A stretch of DNA of 64,000 bases from Candidatus Nanoarchaeia archaeon. Its GTDB lineage: Archaea > Nanobdellota > Nanobdellia > Woesearchaeales > DATDTY01. The DNA lies in NCBI GenBank assembly GCA_035290625.1, contig DATDTY010000051.1, positions 4,008 to 68,007 of the forward strand. The letters are read 5' to 3'. A model generated the notes under the pieces. It saw only the letters and a program-made list of their open reading frames with translations, made no database searches and had not been told where the DNA came from. Shown piece by piece: positions 9,308 through 19,941 of the stretch. Made by a program: the position numbers and the translations under genes. The number at the start of each line of letters is the position of its first letter. Within the stretch, counting starts at the first letter, position 1.

Positions 9308-10621
9308 GTGGGGGGAACTATGGAGATACCTTTTAGACATAATTCAAAAAAAGATCCAGATGCCAAGGAAGTGTCTCCCCTCGTGCTTATTTTGACCGGT
9401 CCACGGGCAGTGGGGAAGACAGAAATCAAAGACATCCTTACGGAGCGTAACTATGGATGGAGTCTCCCAAAGATAACTACAAGGGCCCCGCGAGAAGGTG
9501 AAACCCAAGTTAAGGATAAGGAATTTATTGATCAGAAGAGATTTGACACGCTCCAGAAGGAGGGCAAACTCTCAGTTACATGCGCATATAAGGGGTGCGA
9601 TTATGGAGTTCTTCAAGAAGTCGAACAGGAGGCATTAACAAAACAAGAGGATATCATTATCACTGCAACTGGCTTTGGGATATTTAAGGCATTTTCATCT
9701 CATTTTCCTGATGCTGTTTCGGTATTAGTTTATTCCAGTATCGATGAGTTGCTGCAAAGGAAAGTGCTTCGGGATAAGATTGTGACAGAGGCTTCACTTC
9801 TGGAAGAGTTTATCCAGGAAATGAAGAAGTATGAGGAGCACCAGGAGCTCTTTACCTATATCGTAGAGAATCCTTCACCCTTTGGATTTGCAGTCGGCGA
9901 TATTTTTAAGCAGGACCACGTTGCCCAAGTGGCTCGCGCTGCAAATCTTGTTGCGGCTGCACTCGAGTGGGAAAAGATCTATAGAGAAACACCAACATCA
10001 ATGACGCGGAATATGGGGTTTATCAATCATCTTGTGGGGGCCATTTCCGATGGGGGGACAATGAAACAGATTGAGAGACAAATAAAGAAGAAGGGAAGCT
10101 ACCAAATCAATTTTCCCAAAGATCTTCGCGGGAAATATGCACATGATACATCCACTGCTCTTGGGATGATTCCTGAAAGCGTCTCTATAAATCCTACTTG
10201 TCAAACGTATGGTGTAATATCGCTCTTTATCGATAATGGTGCTGGAGAACAGAGATATAACGGATATGAAAGAAAGATTATACTTGACCTGTTTGAGCGG
10301 AAGGCGGTAATCAAGGGCAACATGCATGCCATATATGCCGAGGTTGCTGATCAGGGTTACCCCGAACAAGATCTGTCCAGCTACGGAAAGGTTGCTATAG
10401 GGGGGGCAAATATTCAGGAGGGGGGGCTTATAACGTTGCGAAGGGACTTGGGGGTTCCAACACCGGACCAAGAACTTCATGGCTTAAATCTTGGGTTTGT
10501 TCGCCATGACGCCCAACTGCCGCTTAAACCTCAGGGGATATCACTGCAACGGCTCGCTGAAAAAGCCAGAAATCTCTATTCTCAGGCGCGAAGTTTTATG
10601 ATACCCAGGACCTATCTTTAG
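9308..10621 (+). CDS. Guanylate-kinase-like P-loop domain fused to an uncharacterised C-terminal domain (paralog 2)
   Basis: LTGPRAVGKTEI P-loop, ITTRAPREGE, CAYKGCDYGV, FTYIVENPSPFG. Shares ILEWEK, [RG]FINHL and EGGL[FI][ST]LR blocks with paralog 1. Stop codon overlaps the convergent gene at 10618. Confidence 0.6.
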   Translation: MGGTMEIPFRHNSKKDPDAKEVSPLVLILTGPRAVGKTEIKDILTERNYGWSLPKITTRAPREGETQVKDKEFIDQKRFDTLQKEGKLSVTCAYKGCDYGVLQEVEQEALTKQEDIIITATGFGIFKAFSSHFPDAVSVLVYSSIDELLQRKVLRDKIVTEASLLEEFIQEMKKYEEHQELFTYIVENPSPFGFAVGDIFKQDHVAQVARAANLVAAALEWEKIYRETPTSMTRNMGFINHLVGAISDGGTMKQIERQIKKKGSYQINFPKDLRGKYAHDTSTALGMIPESVSINPTCQTYGVISLFIDNGAGEQRYNGYERKIILDLFERKAVIKGNMHAIYAEVADQGYPEQDLSSYGKVAIGGANIQEGGLITLRRDLGVPTPDQELHGLNLGFVRHDAQLPLKPQGISLQRLAEKARNLYSQARSFMIPRTYL

Positions 10622-11595
10622 TCCTTGAGGGATCTAGGGGCCTTAGCAGGGTATTCCTGAAGGGAAAGGAGAATTTTTGTCAGTTCTACCAGGAATTCCA
10701 GGATCGGCTCCATGCTGGTTAGAATGAGAAGTTCTGCGGGAGGGATTTTCTCCTTCAAATCTTTTATCCTTCTGATATACATATCTCTGTTGTGGTACAT
10801 ATCGGTTACTCTGTTCGGGTCATATTTGTAGAAAATACCATAAAAGAGGTGTAGGTTTTTATAAATTAAGGTGATGTTCGTAATGGAAGAGTCATCCATC
10901 TTCTTTTTGAGCAAGGCAGCCTCACGAGCAGAATATTTTACGGTGTCACGAACTTTATCAAGCATGGCTATGGTGTGGTAGATCACTGTAACCTTTTCAG
11001 GATCAGGCGGATATCCTCTTTTGTTAAGGATTCTTAGGGTATAGCTTGCAAACTTTGTAACAAGCCCATGCTTGTCCTCTATCGTGTGGATTTTATCATT
11101 TTTATGCTGCTTCAGACCTTCGATAAAGGTTTCGAGCATATCCAGCAAAAGCATAAATATCCGGCGGAGAACCACTTCAAAGTCCTTGAACGACGGTTCC
11201 GACAAATCTTTCAACATACAGAAATCATCCTTGAAACTGAGGACTTCAACCCCAATGAGGCGCTCAACCTCAGTCCGAATAATGCTCCGCATGTCCACAA
11301 ATTCCCGTGTTCGGAAGTGATACGCAGAGGGCTTTGAAAAATGAATGCCTATCTCATCGAAACCTCTGATATATAAGCCGCGGATATAGATGATGATGGA
11401 TGTGCGGTCAAGACCAGAAACGTCAATCTCAATCTTTTTAACTTCCGGGATTCTCTCTTTGCTTACAACAATCTGTTGCCCCTTCTCCTCCACCTCGATC
11501 TCATCCCCCTTCCTGATGTTATGGCTAAGGCACCACTTCCTCGGCAATGAGACGAGCTGCGTTGAATGGCCTACCTGGATGATTTTCCGCTTCAT
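10618..11595 (-). CDS. AbrB/SpoVT-domain plus PhoU-domain regulator (second copy)
   Basis: MKRKIIQVGHSTQLVSLPRKWCLSHNIRKGDEIEV (AbrB-type N-domain) followed by a PhoU-like helical region. Same architecture and size (325 aa) as 6566-7534. Confidence 0.65.
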   Translation of the reverse strand: MKRKIIQVGHSTQLVSLPRKWCLSHNIRKGDEIEVEEKGQQIVVSKERIPEVKKIEIDVSGLDRTSIIIYIRGLYIRGFDEIGIHFSKPSAYHFRTREFVDMRSIIRTEVERLIGVEVLSFKDDFCMLKDLSEPSFKDFEVVLRRIFMLLLDMLETFIEGLKQHKNDKIHTIEDKHGLVTKFASYTLRILNKRGYPPDPEKVTVIYHTIAMLDKVRDTVKYSAREAALLKKKMDDSSITNITLIYKNLHLFYGIFYKYDPNRVTDMYHNRDMYIRRIKDLKEKIPPAELLILTSMEPILEFLVELTKILLSLQEYPAKAPRSLKD

Positions 11596-11747
11596 ATTCC
11601 CCCGGAATCCTGGAGATACAACTTTTATATAAATCTTTTGATTCTATATAAAATCTATATAGATTATAAAATATTAGGGATAAGTATATAAAAATAGGGG
11701 AGTTCCCTCTCAACAGGGTAAGTACTACATTGTGAGGGGTGAGGCCG
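11596..11747. promoter_or_regulatory. AT-rich divergent promoter region (ttttatataaatcttttgattctatataaaatctatatagattataaaatattagggataagtatataaaaatag)
   Basis: Multiple TATA-like boxes and short inverted repeats (tatagat/atctata) between divergent genes. SD GGGGTGAGG sits before the ATG at 11748. Confidence 0.4.
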
Positions 11748-11948
11748 ATGAAGGAATTTGAGATGGACGAAGAATTTGATGACCAGAACATCTACGCAGG
11801 GCGCACAAGAGAGCTGCTCGTTGAAGAGGATTCCCTAAGGCCCGAAGAAGATGGCTTTATGCAAGGATATGAAGATGCTGAAAATCCTGATGATATCATA
11901 GAGGCCGCAGAAGAGGAGAGCCTTATGCAGGAGGTGGAATCAGGATGA
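11748..11948 (+). CDS. Small acidic protein (66 aa) with EDGFMQGYED motif
   Basis: Paralog of 7649-7801, placed in the same position divergent from an AbrB-PhoU gene. Acidic, low complexity. A GTG at 11739 could be the alternative start. Confidence 0.45.
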   Translation: MKEFEMDEEFDDQNIYAGRTRELLVEEDSLRPEEDGFMQGYEDAENPDDIIEAAEEESLMQEVESG

Positions 11949-12067
11949 AGCTGAATTATCACTTCTTTTTTGAGAAGGAAATAAATCCGGTATTCGAAGA
12001 GATCGAAAACGACGGAAAGCCTTATCGCATCCTTGAAGCGCTCAAGATGCTCAAGCGGAGATTGTAG
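11945..12067 (+). CDS. Small hypothetical ORF (40 aa)
   Basis: ATGA overlap with the previous ORF (MKLNYHFFFEKEINPVFEEIENDGKPYRILEALKMLKRRL). No homology evidence. Confidence 0.2.
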   Translation: MKLNYHFFFEKEINPVFEEIENDGKPYRILEALKMLKRRL

Positions 12068-12263
12068 GAGCATTGGCGTTCTTTGGAAGCAGTGAACAGA
12101 CATGTCATAAGTCATGATGCTGTGAGTTATGATAAGAATGTTTGTTCATGATTTTGCATAATTTTGTATATATTAAATATACCCCATATATGGCATATAG
12201 AAAATATCTATATACTTCAAGAGCTTCAGAGTATTCATGAGATGCGGACAGGGGGTGATCGGG

Positions 12264-12398
12264 ATGAGGGCAGACAAAAATACCTTCAAGAGGATCGTGG
12301 GGCTTTTAGAGACCTATGAGGACAAGGATATGGAAAGGTATCTGCTTGAGAAGGAGTGGGATGATCTGATTAACGGCAGAGAGGCAGGAGAGCTATAA
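12264..12398 (+). CDS. Small hypothetical ORF (44 aa)
   Basis: ATG follows the SD AGGGGGTGA; MRADKNTFKRIVGLLETYEDKDMERYLLEKEWDDLINGREAGEL. Confidence 0.25.
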   Translation: MRADKNTFKRIVGLLETYEDKDMERYLLEKEWDDLINGREAGEL

Positions 12399-12624
12399 GC
12401 TACGTTACCTGTTGTTAGGAGTATATGCTTGCCGGATCATACGAGTTCTTTCTCTACCAGACTGACAGAAACTTATTCTGCCTTATAACTTTCAGAGGAG
12501 TTCAAATTGATTTGCAACTAGAGTCTACATTGATGCCAAGACGGTATTCGCTTGTGTGCGCTTCCACCACTAATTCTGCCAGGATACGACCTATAACGCT
12601 TGATTTCTATAGAAACATTTATAA

Positions 12625-14583
<1,959 letters not shown>

Positions 14584-14618
14584 GGTGCCAGGTGCTCGAC
14601 ACTGTCATTGAGGATCAA

Positions 14619-15434
14619 ATGGATATACTACTCACCGGAGCAAGCGGGTATGTCGGGGCAGGAATCTATGGCTGCTTAAAAGATAAGCATAACACAACAG
14701 GAACGTATCATTCTAATAGATTATTCGCCCAACTGCATAAATTGGACATCACGAATAAAGAAGGGGTCTTGAAGGTTGTCTCTGAAGTTAATCCCGAAGT
14801 TATAATCCATGCTGCAGCCAATGCAAGCGGCAGTTGGTGTGATCAAAATCCGGATTTAGCGAGGTCTATTAACGAAAAAGGCACAGGGTATATTGTTGAT
14901 GCAGCAAATAAGGTAAATGCGAAGATCATCTACATTTCATCGTTTGCTGCTCTTGGCACAACCGTATATGGCAAAACAAAATTATCCGGAGAGGATTTTG
15001 TCAGGAAAACAAATGCAGGATTTATTATCTTACGGCCCTCCTTAATTGTGGGATACAGCCCAAATACAGAAAATGACAGGCCGTTTAATAGATTACTTAA
15101 GAATTTAAGGGAACGAACTCCTGCAAGGTATGATACTTCCTGGAAATTTCAGCCAACCTACCTCAGGCACATCTCAGAGGTAATTTTGAAGCTCATTGAA
15201 TCAGACATCTCAAATGAGATTATCCCAGTTGCAGTTCCTGAATTAAAATCCCGGTTTGATTTAGCTTACGACATTCTTTCGCCTTTCGGCATTGAGGTTG
15301 CGGGAGAAGATAGGAATGAGGGATCTCCGGTATTTTCCCAGGATTTGAGCAAATTGGGGGAATTGTGCTTGCCGCAATACTCGTATTCTGAAATGATTGA
15401 AGCTATCCGGCAGGAGATAAGAGACAAGGCATAA
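14619..15434 (+). CDS. NAD(P)-dependent epimerase/reductase-like (RmlD-like) protein
   Basis: Rossmann motif LLTGASGYVGAGI near the N-terminus (start likely MDILLTG, not the 14580 ORF start). AT-rich composition relative to neighbours. Confidence 0.5.
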   Translation: MDILLTGASGYVGAGIYGCLKDKHNTTGTYHSNRLFAQLHKLDITNKEGVLKVVSEVNPEVIIHAAANASGSWCDQNPDLARSINEKGTGYIVDAANKVNAKIIYISSFAALGTTVYGKTKLSGEDFVRKTNAGFIILRPSLIVGYSPNTENDRPFNRLLKNLRERTPARYDTSWKFQPTYLRHISEVILKLIESDISNEIIPVAVPELKSRFDLAYDILSPFGIEVAGEDRNEGSPVFSQDLSKLGELCLPQYSYSEMIEAIRQEIRDKA

Positions 15435-15643
15435 TTGCCCCCTTGCTATTGAATCGTGCTTTGGCTGTTTTTTAAAGAATTAGAAAGTAAACTGCATATT
15501 CGCCCGGGTTGCCAGTATTTTTCTCAGCGCTTGGCTTGGCATTCCTTCTCCTGCCCCCGGGGTAGTAGTGAGCATCATACATAAAGTGTTTATCAAGTCG
15601 TGCGAAGAAACCTTTATAAACCAACCCCATTCCCTCAAATCCC

Positions 15644-16363
15644 ATGCAGCAGCTCAAAGCAAAGAAACGATGGGTAAGGCTGATTGCGCCAAAGCTCTTT
15701 AATGAGCAGACCCTGGGGGAAACGCTTGTTTCTGATCCTGAAGAGGTCCTTGGAAGGAAACTGCAGGTCAATCTCACAGTTCTAACAAACGATCCAAAAA
15801 CCCAGAATGTGAAGGTAGGATTCATTGCAAAGGAGGCGAAGCAGGGCGCTGCTGAGACCGAGCTTGTGAGCTATTACATGATGCCCTCTGCCATAAAGCG
15901 GATGGTGAGGAGAGGGGGGCGCAGGATAGACGATTCTTTTGCCTGCCTTACTGCAGACAAGATCAGTGTCCGGGTCAAGCCCCTGGCGATTAGTAGGCAT
16001 ATGGTAAAGGGTTCTATCAGCGCAGCACTTGGGAAGCAGCTCAAAAAGGCCATCACAGAAGAAGCAGGAAAGCTGTCATACATTGATTTTGCTTCAGAGC
16101 TGATCCAGAATAAATTCCAGACCCGAATCAAGCAGGCCATTTCCAAGATTTATCCGTTGCGTACACTGGTGATACGCTTTATGGGCATTGAGCAGAACGC
16201 GAGCTCTCAGGAAAAGCAGGCTCAAAAGGCCCCTCAGGAAGAGCCGCAGACAACAACTGCTCAGGAAAATGTTGAGGAAACTGCTTCTCAGGAAACTCCG
16301 GAGATGGCGCAAAAGAAGTCTCAGGACACGCCAGAAAGGTTGCAAAAGGAGCCAGAGAAATAA
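15644..16363 (+). CDS. rps3ae: 30S ribosomal protein S3Ae (eS1)
   Basis: N-terminus KAKKRWVRLIAPKLFNEQ is typical of S3Ae. A K/E-rich C-terminal tail is present. Confidence 0.75.
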   Translation: MQQLKAKKRWVRLIAPKLFNEQTLGETLVSDPEEVLGRKLQVNLTVLTNDPKTQNVKVGFIAKEAKQGAAETELVSYYMMPSAIKRMVRRGGRRIDDSFACLTADKISVRVKPLAISRHMVKGSISAALGKQLKKAITEEAGKLSYIDFASELIQNKFQTRIKQAISKIYPLRTLVIRFMGIEQNASSQEKQAQKAPQEEPQTTTAQENVEETASQETPEMAQKKSQDTPERLQKEPEK

Positions 16364-16396
16364 ATTTATATAGCACACCTGTTTTCTAAAAAGTGC

Positions 16397-16490
16397 AGCC
16401 CCATGGTGTAGCGGTCAAATTCCTGTGAAGGAAGACGAAGCATCTTTGGTTCTGGGCCAAAGGACCTCGGTTCGAATCCGGGTGGGGCTA
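16397..16490 (+). tRNA. tRNA-Gln (anticodon CUG) with an about 20-nt insertion in the D-arm region (non-canonical intron)
   Basis: Acceptor AGCCCCA/TGGGGCT with discriminator A. Anticodon stem CTTTGG/CCAAAG with loop TTCTGGG (U33, CUG). T-arm CTCGG-TTCGAAT-CCGGG. 94 nt in total, so about 20 extra nt lie between the D-loop (GTGTAGCGGTCAA) and position 26. Confidence 0.6.
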
Positions 16491-16617
16491 TGGGTTTATT
16501 ATTGAAAATTGGGCTTTGTTAGAACTCATGCGCCAGTGTGCGATTGCCGTATATCCAATCATCACATGGCAAAGAGGTGGAAGGGATAAGGATTTATAAG
16601 CACGATGCAATTCTTGA

Positions 16618-17133
16618 TTGTTGATGAAAATCGAGACTGTATCAATTGACTGGCTTTTGCCAACACGGTGGGCTATTAAACAACGCCGTTACAAGAGAGC
16701 TGAAGATCTGGCTGAAGCCCATAAGTGGTTTTATGAAAAAGCAAAAGAGGCCGGACTATACCATCCTGAAACCAAGATATCAGTTGTCCGAAGAAAGATA
16801 GGAAACGAAGATCTTCTGGCTTTTGAAGCAGAATTTCCTGATCTGGAACTTCTTACCGATCCCATCGATCCGGTTAAAGAAGCGCTTGCTGATGATACAA
16901 GACATGAGGCATATAGATACTTGGATAGGGTATGCGCAGACGATGCTAATCCTAAAAGATTCATTAATTATGCTGCTTTGGATAATTATGCCGAATCAAT
17001 GGGATTTGATCCAGGCAGCAGTAAAGTTTATCTTACAACTTTGTTATTGATACAACCGAAGTATCCTGCGATGCCAATCTTGCTTAGGCACAAGGAAGAA
17101 ACCGGAATTGATTTAACGGGGCTTCTGCGTTGA
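16618..17133 (+). CDS. Hypothetical protein (171 aa)
   Basis: Intact ORF with no recognisable motif. Confidence 0.35.
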   Translation: MLMKIETVSIDWLLPTRWAIKQRRYKRAEDLAEAHKWFYEKAKEAGLYHPETKISVVRRKIGNEDLLAFEAEFPDLELLTDPIDPVKEALADDTRHEAYRYLDRVCADDANPKRFINYAALDNYAESMGFDPGSSKVYLTTLLLIQPKYPAMPILLRHKEETGIDLTGLLR

Positions 17134-17368
17134 GAAACCTCCGGCTGGGCTTAGTCTGGGAATGCCTCAGTCAAATCAGGATTTGAAAAGGGTATGATGG
17201 ATGACCCCCCCCTCAGGGAATAATCCTTCGGGATGGCCAAAGTAGAGCACCTCAGCAACTGGTTTTGACCCGATGCTACCCGAACAAAGTGAGCAACCTT
17301 TCAATGAGCCGGATAAGCGAAGTCTTTATATAGCACCATACTATATCATACTATAAGGTGATGTAAAA

Positions 17369-17614
17369 ATGGTCATGGTGACTCTGGACATACCGAAAGA
17401 CATAAACAAAAAGATTGAGCATTTTAAAATAGACAATAACCTCAAAGACAAGAGGGATGCAATTCTGCTTGCGCTTAGGAAGAGCATGGATCAGGAGGAT
17501 GATGCCCCCTCCATGGAGGAGATGTTTCGGATAGCAGACTCAATAAAACAAAAGAGAAGATATTCAACGAAGGAAGCGATCGCCCTCAGCCATGCATTGA
17601 GAAGGAAGAGATGA
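17369..17614 (+). CDS. Putative antitoxin (small, basic C-terminus) paired with a PIN toxin
   Basis: 81 aa, ending in an ATGA overlap with the downstream PIN-domain gene. Typical VapB-VapC arrangement. Confidence 0.45.
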   Translation: MVMVTLDIPKDINKKIEHFKIDNNLKDKRDAILLALRKSMDQEDDAPSMEEMFRIADSIKQKRRYSTKEAIALSHALRRKR

Positions 17615-17982
17615 CGCAGTTCATTGATGCAAATGTTATAATAAAAGCATTCACAGAGGGCGAGGATAAGGAGGAATGCAGGCTGGCCCTCTCAAGATAT
17701 TTTGTTACAGATGCCTTATGCCTTGTTGAAGCGATGAATGGTATCGTTAAGATTAAATGCGATCCAGCCATGGCATGCCAATGCGTCAAGTCACTCTACA
17801 GGCAGGATTGCACAATTGTACCTGTTGACAAGAACCTTCTTTTTACAGCGTGCAAAAAGATGGGGAATTTGAACATCTTTGATGCAGCTCATTATGCAGC
17901 AGCGCGCCTTAAAGGCTGCTCCTCAATCCTCAGCTACGATAAGCACTTTGACGGCTTAGAGATACCGAGAGAAGAGCCATGA
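17611..17982 (+). CDS. vapC: PIN-domain ribonuclease (VapC-like toxin)
   Basis: N-terminal FIDANVIIK (first acidic residue), DAAHYAAAR and a C-terminal SYDKHFD motif. 123 aa. Confidence 0.7.
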   Translation: MTQFIDANVIIKAFTEGEDKEECRLALSRYFVTDALCLVEAMNGIVKIKCDPAMACQCVKSLYRQDCTIVPVDKNLLFTACKKMGNLNIFDAAHYAAARLKGCSSILSYDKHFDGLEIPREEP

Positions 17983-18066
17983 ACTGGCTGAGAGTCATTG
18001 AGCAGATCGTCTGATGCTGTGCGGGATTCACCAGGAATCGGTAAGCATAAATAGGCTCGAAATTCC

Positions 18067-18852
18067 TTGACCCTCATGCAGATAACCTTAGACTACACCA
18101 AGACCCTTGAGCAAAATGCAGCCATGCTGTACGAGAAGGCAAAGAAGGCCAGAAAGAAGCGGCAGGGCGCTGAGGCAAGCCTCAAGAGGACTGAAGAGCA
18201 GCTGGAAAAGGGCGTTGCCCTGCAGAAGAAGACTGAGCTGGCAAAAGAGCGAAAACGCCCATGGTATGATCACTTTCACTGGTTTATTTCGTCAGAGGAT
18301 TTCCTTGTTATCGGTGGGAGGGATGCAACCACAAACGAGATTATTGTGAAGAAGCAAACTGCTCAAGGCGATCTTGTGTTCCATTCAGAGCTGGCAGGCA
18401 GCCCTTTTTTTGTGGTAAAGGCTGAAGGAAAAAAGATAGGCGAGATAACCAAGACAGAGGCAGCTATAGCAACTGCATCCTATTCACGTGCATGGAGGCA
18501 GGGCCTTACAACCATGGAGGTATTTGCTGTGGCTCCAGACCAGCTCTCAAAGACCCCCCAATCAGGAGAGTACATTTCAAAGGGCTCTTTCATCGTCCGG
18601 GGAAGGAAAGAAAGGTTTATGGTTTCATTGCAGCTTGCCCTGGGAGTATATCGGGAGGGTATCATGGCAGGCCCGCTTTCGGCAGTCAGCCGCCATTGCA
18701 GCAGGCTTATCGAGATTGCGCCTGGGAAGGAAAAATCAGGCAAGGCTGCAAAGCTGATCCAGAAGAGGATCGGCGGAGAGCTGGATGATATCATCCGTGG
18801 CATCCCTGCAGGAGGCGTTCAGGTCAAGGGAGTGCGGTTGCGAGAGATTTAG
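18067..18852 (+). CDS. NFACT-R (DUF814) domain protein, Rqc2/NEMF/FbpA family
   Basis: Coiled-coil N-terminal region then WYDHFHWFISSEDFLVIGGRDATTNEIIVKK...GDLVFHSELAGSPFFVV, matching the DUF814/NFACT-R signature. Confidence 0.55.
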   Translation: MTLMQITLDYTKTLEQNAAMLYEKAKKARKKRQGAEASLKRTEEQLEKGVALQKKTELAKERKRPWYDHFHWFISSEDFLVIGGRDATTNEIIVKKQTAQGDLVFHSELAGSPFFVVKAEGKKIGEITKTEAAIATASYSRAWRQGLTTMEVFAVAPDQLSKTPQSGEYISKGSFIVRGRKERFMVSLQLALGVYREGIMAGPLSAVSRHCSRLIEIAPGKEKSGKAAKLIQKRIGGELDDIIRGIPAGGVQVKGVRLREI

Positions 18853-18856
18853 GATC

Positions 18857-19315
18857 CTAGCAGGTGGATTTGGTTTCAATGACTCCCCTGCACTTCCTGC
18901 TTCCGCATTTGCAATCCATTCTCAGATCAGGGAGCGCGGTCTCTGCATAGTCTGATGTGATCTCCTCGCCTTTCTTGATATCCCTTTTCGCAACATCGCA
19001 GAGATTCTGGACAGTAGTGTTTGGATCGCAGGAATGGTTCACATATCGCTCCGGAGGCTGCTCGAGAAGGTACTTTCCATCGAGGAATGAGACATAGGGC
19101 TTTTCTTTTTCAGACACCTGCTCAACCTGCTCTTTGGTTAATTCCTTTGGCTTCCATCTCAGTACAATCTCGCCTTTCTTAAAAGACCGAAAGGCAAACA
19201 CCCCTTTTCCGTGGATTTTTGAGGTTTTCACAACAACATCCATGGTTCTCCGGAAGAACATGGGGTTTATTAAGATTAGCCCTTTCTCCAGCGGACTGGG
19301 CTGCTTTCCTGCCAA
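18857..19315 (-). CDS. SET-domain protein (putative lysine methyltransferase)
   Basis: GKGVFA, NHSCDPN (the SET NHSCxPN motif), ITSDYA (the SET C-terminal Tyr-containing motif) and a C-terminal Cys cluster CKCGSRKC (post-SET-like). The true start may be the internal MDVVVKT (19243). Confidence 0.75.
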   Translation of the reverse strand: MAGKQPSPLEKGLILINPMFFRRTMDVVVKTSKIHGKGVFAFRSFKKGEIVLRWKPKELTKEQVEQVSEKEKPYVSFLDGKYLLEQPPERYVNHSCDPNTTVQNLCDVAKRDIKKGEEITSDYAETALPDLRMDCKCGSRKCRGVIETKSTC

Positions 19316-19318
19316 GAT

Positions 19319-19624
19319 TTAATTTGAGGGAAGCCGCAGTGTGCCAAACCATGTATGGCTTTGGGCTTTTCTATAACAGGCCGGATCAAGAAAATACTGA
19401 GAGGTCAATGGATGCTGCGAATCTGTGTTCTCATCAATAAGCACGACCATGGTTCCTGTGATCTTCCTAGCGCAGAAATAGCACGCATGTGCTTCTGCCT
19501 CTGCCTCCAGCACGCTTAGTTCTCCGGTGCGTATCCTTTCGGCAAGGTCTCCTCGCTTTGCATCATATGCTGCTCCGATACGTATTGCCATAGGCATCGA
19601 GATTTGATTTATGTTTAAAAACAT
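19319..19624 (-). CDS. Hypothetical protein (about 100 aa), immediately upstream of the SET gene
   Basis: ORF 4 nt from the SET gene on the same strand. No motif recognised. Confidence 0.3.
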   Translation of the reverse strand: MFLNINQISMPMAIRIGAAYDAKRGDLAERIRTGELSVLEAEAEAHACYFCARKITGTMVVLIDENTDSQHPLTSQYFLDPACYRKAQSHTWFGTLRLPSN

Positions 19625-19759
19625 TTCAGTTCCTGTAACTCTTGGTGAGATTCGGAAATGCCAGGAGTGTTACGCCGAATAGAAAGCCTTATATATCTTA
19701 TTACACATCTGTAATGATTATGAGATAAAATGTTTAATAATTGTTACATATTTGTAATT

Positions 19760-19918
19760 ATGGCAAGACGCATCGCAATATCAGTAGACAAGGAGCAGGA
19801 GCAGCTTCTCCAGAGTGTCAAGGGCTTTGGAAAGAAAGAGGCAGAGAAGGTGAAGAGCATCCTGATGGCATACCTATCAGAAAAAGGATATATCGAGCTG
19901 TTCAACAAGAGGAGATGA
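19760..19918 (+). CDS. Small hypothetical protein (possible ribbon-helix-helix)
   Basis: MARRIAISVDKEQEQLLQSVKGF... has an RHH-like beta-strand at the N-terminus. The ORF-track start at 19730 lies in an AT-rich promoter, so 19760 is preferred. Confidence 0.3.
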   Translation: MARRIAISVDKEQEQLLQSVKGFGKKEAEKVKSILMAYLSEKGYIELFNKRR

Positions 19919-19941
19919 AGAAGTATGGGAGATGAAGCAGC

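Noticed and set aside
16094-16378. Arg/Leu-rich ORFs on both strands over the 3' end of the S3Ae gene
   Set aside because: Low-complexity artefacts of the K/E/Q-rich C-terminal tail coding sequence.
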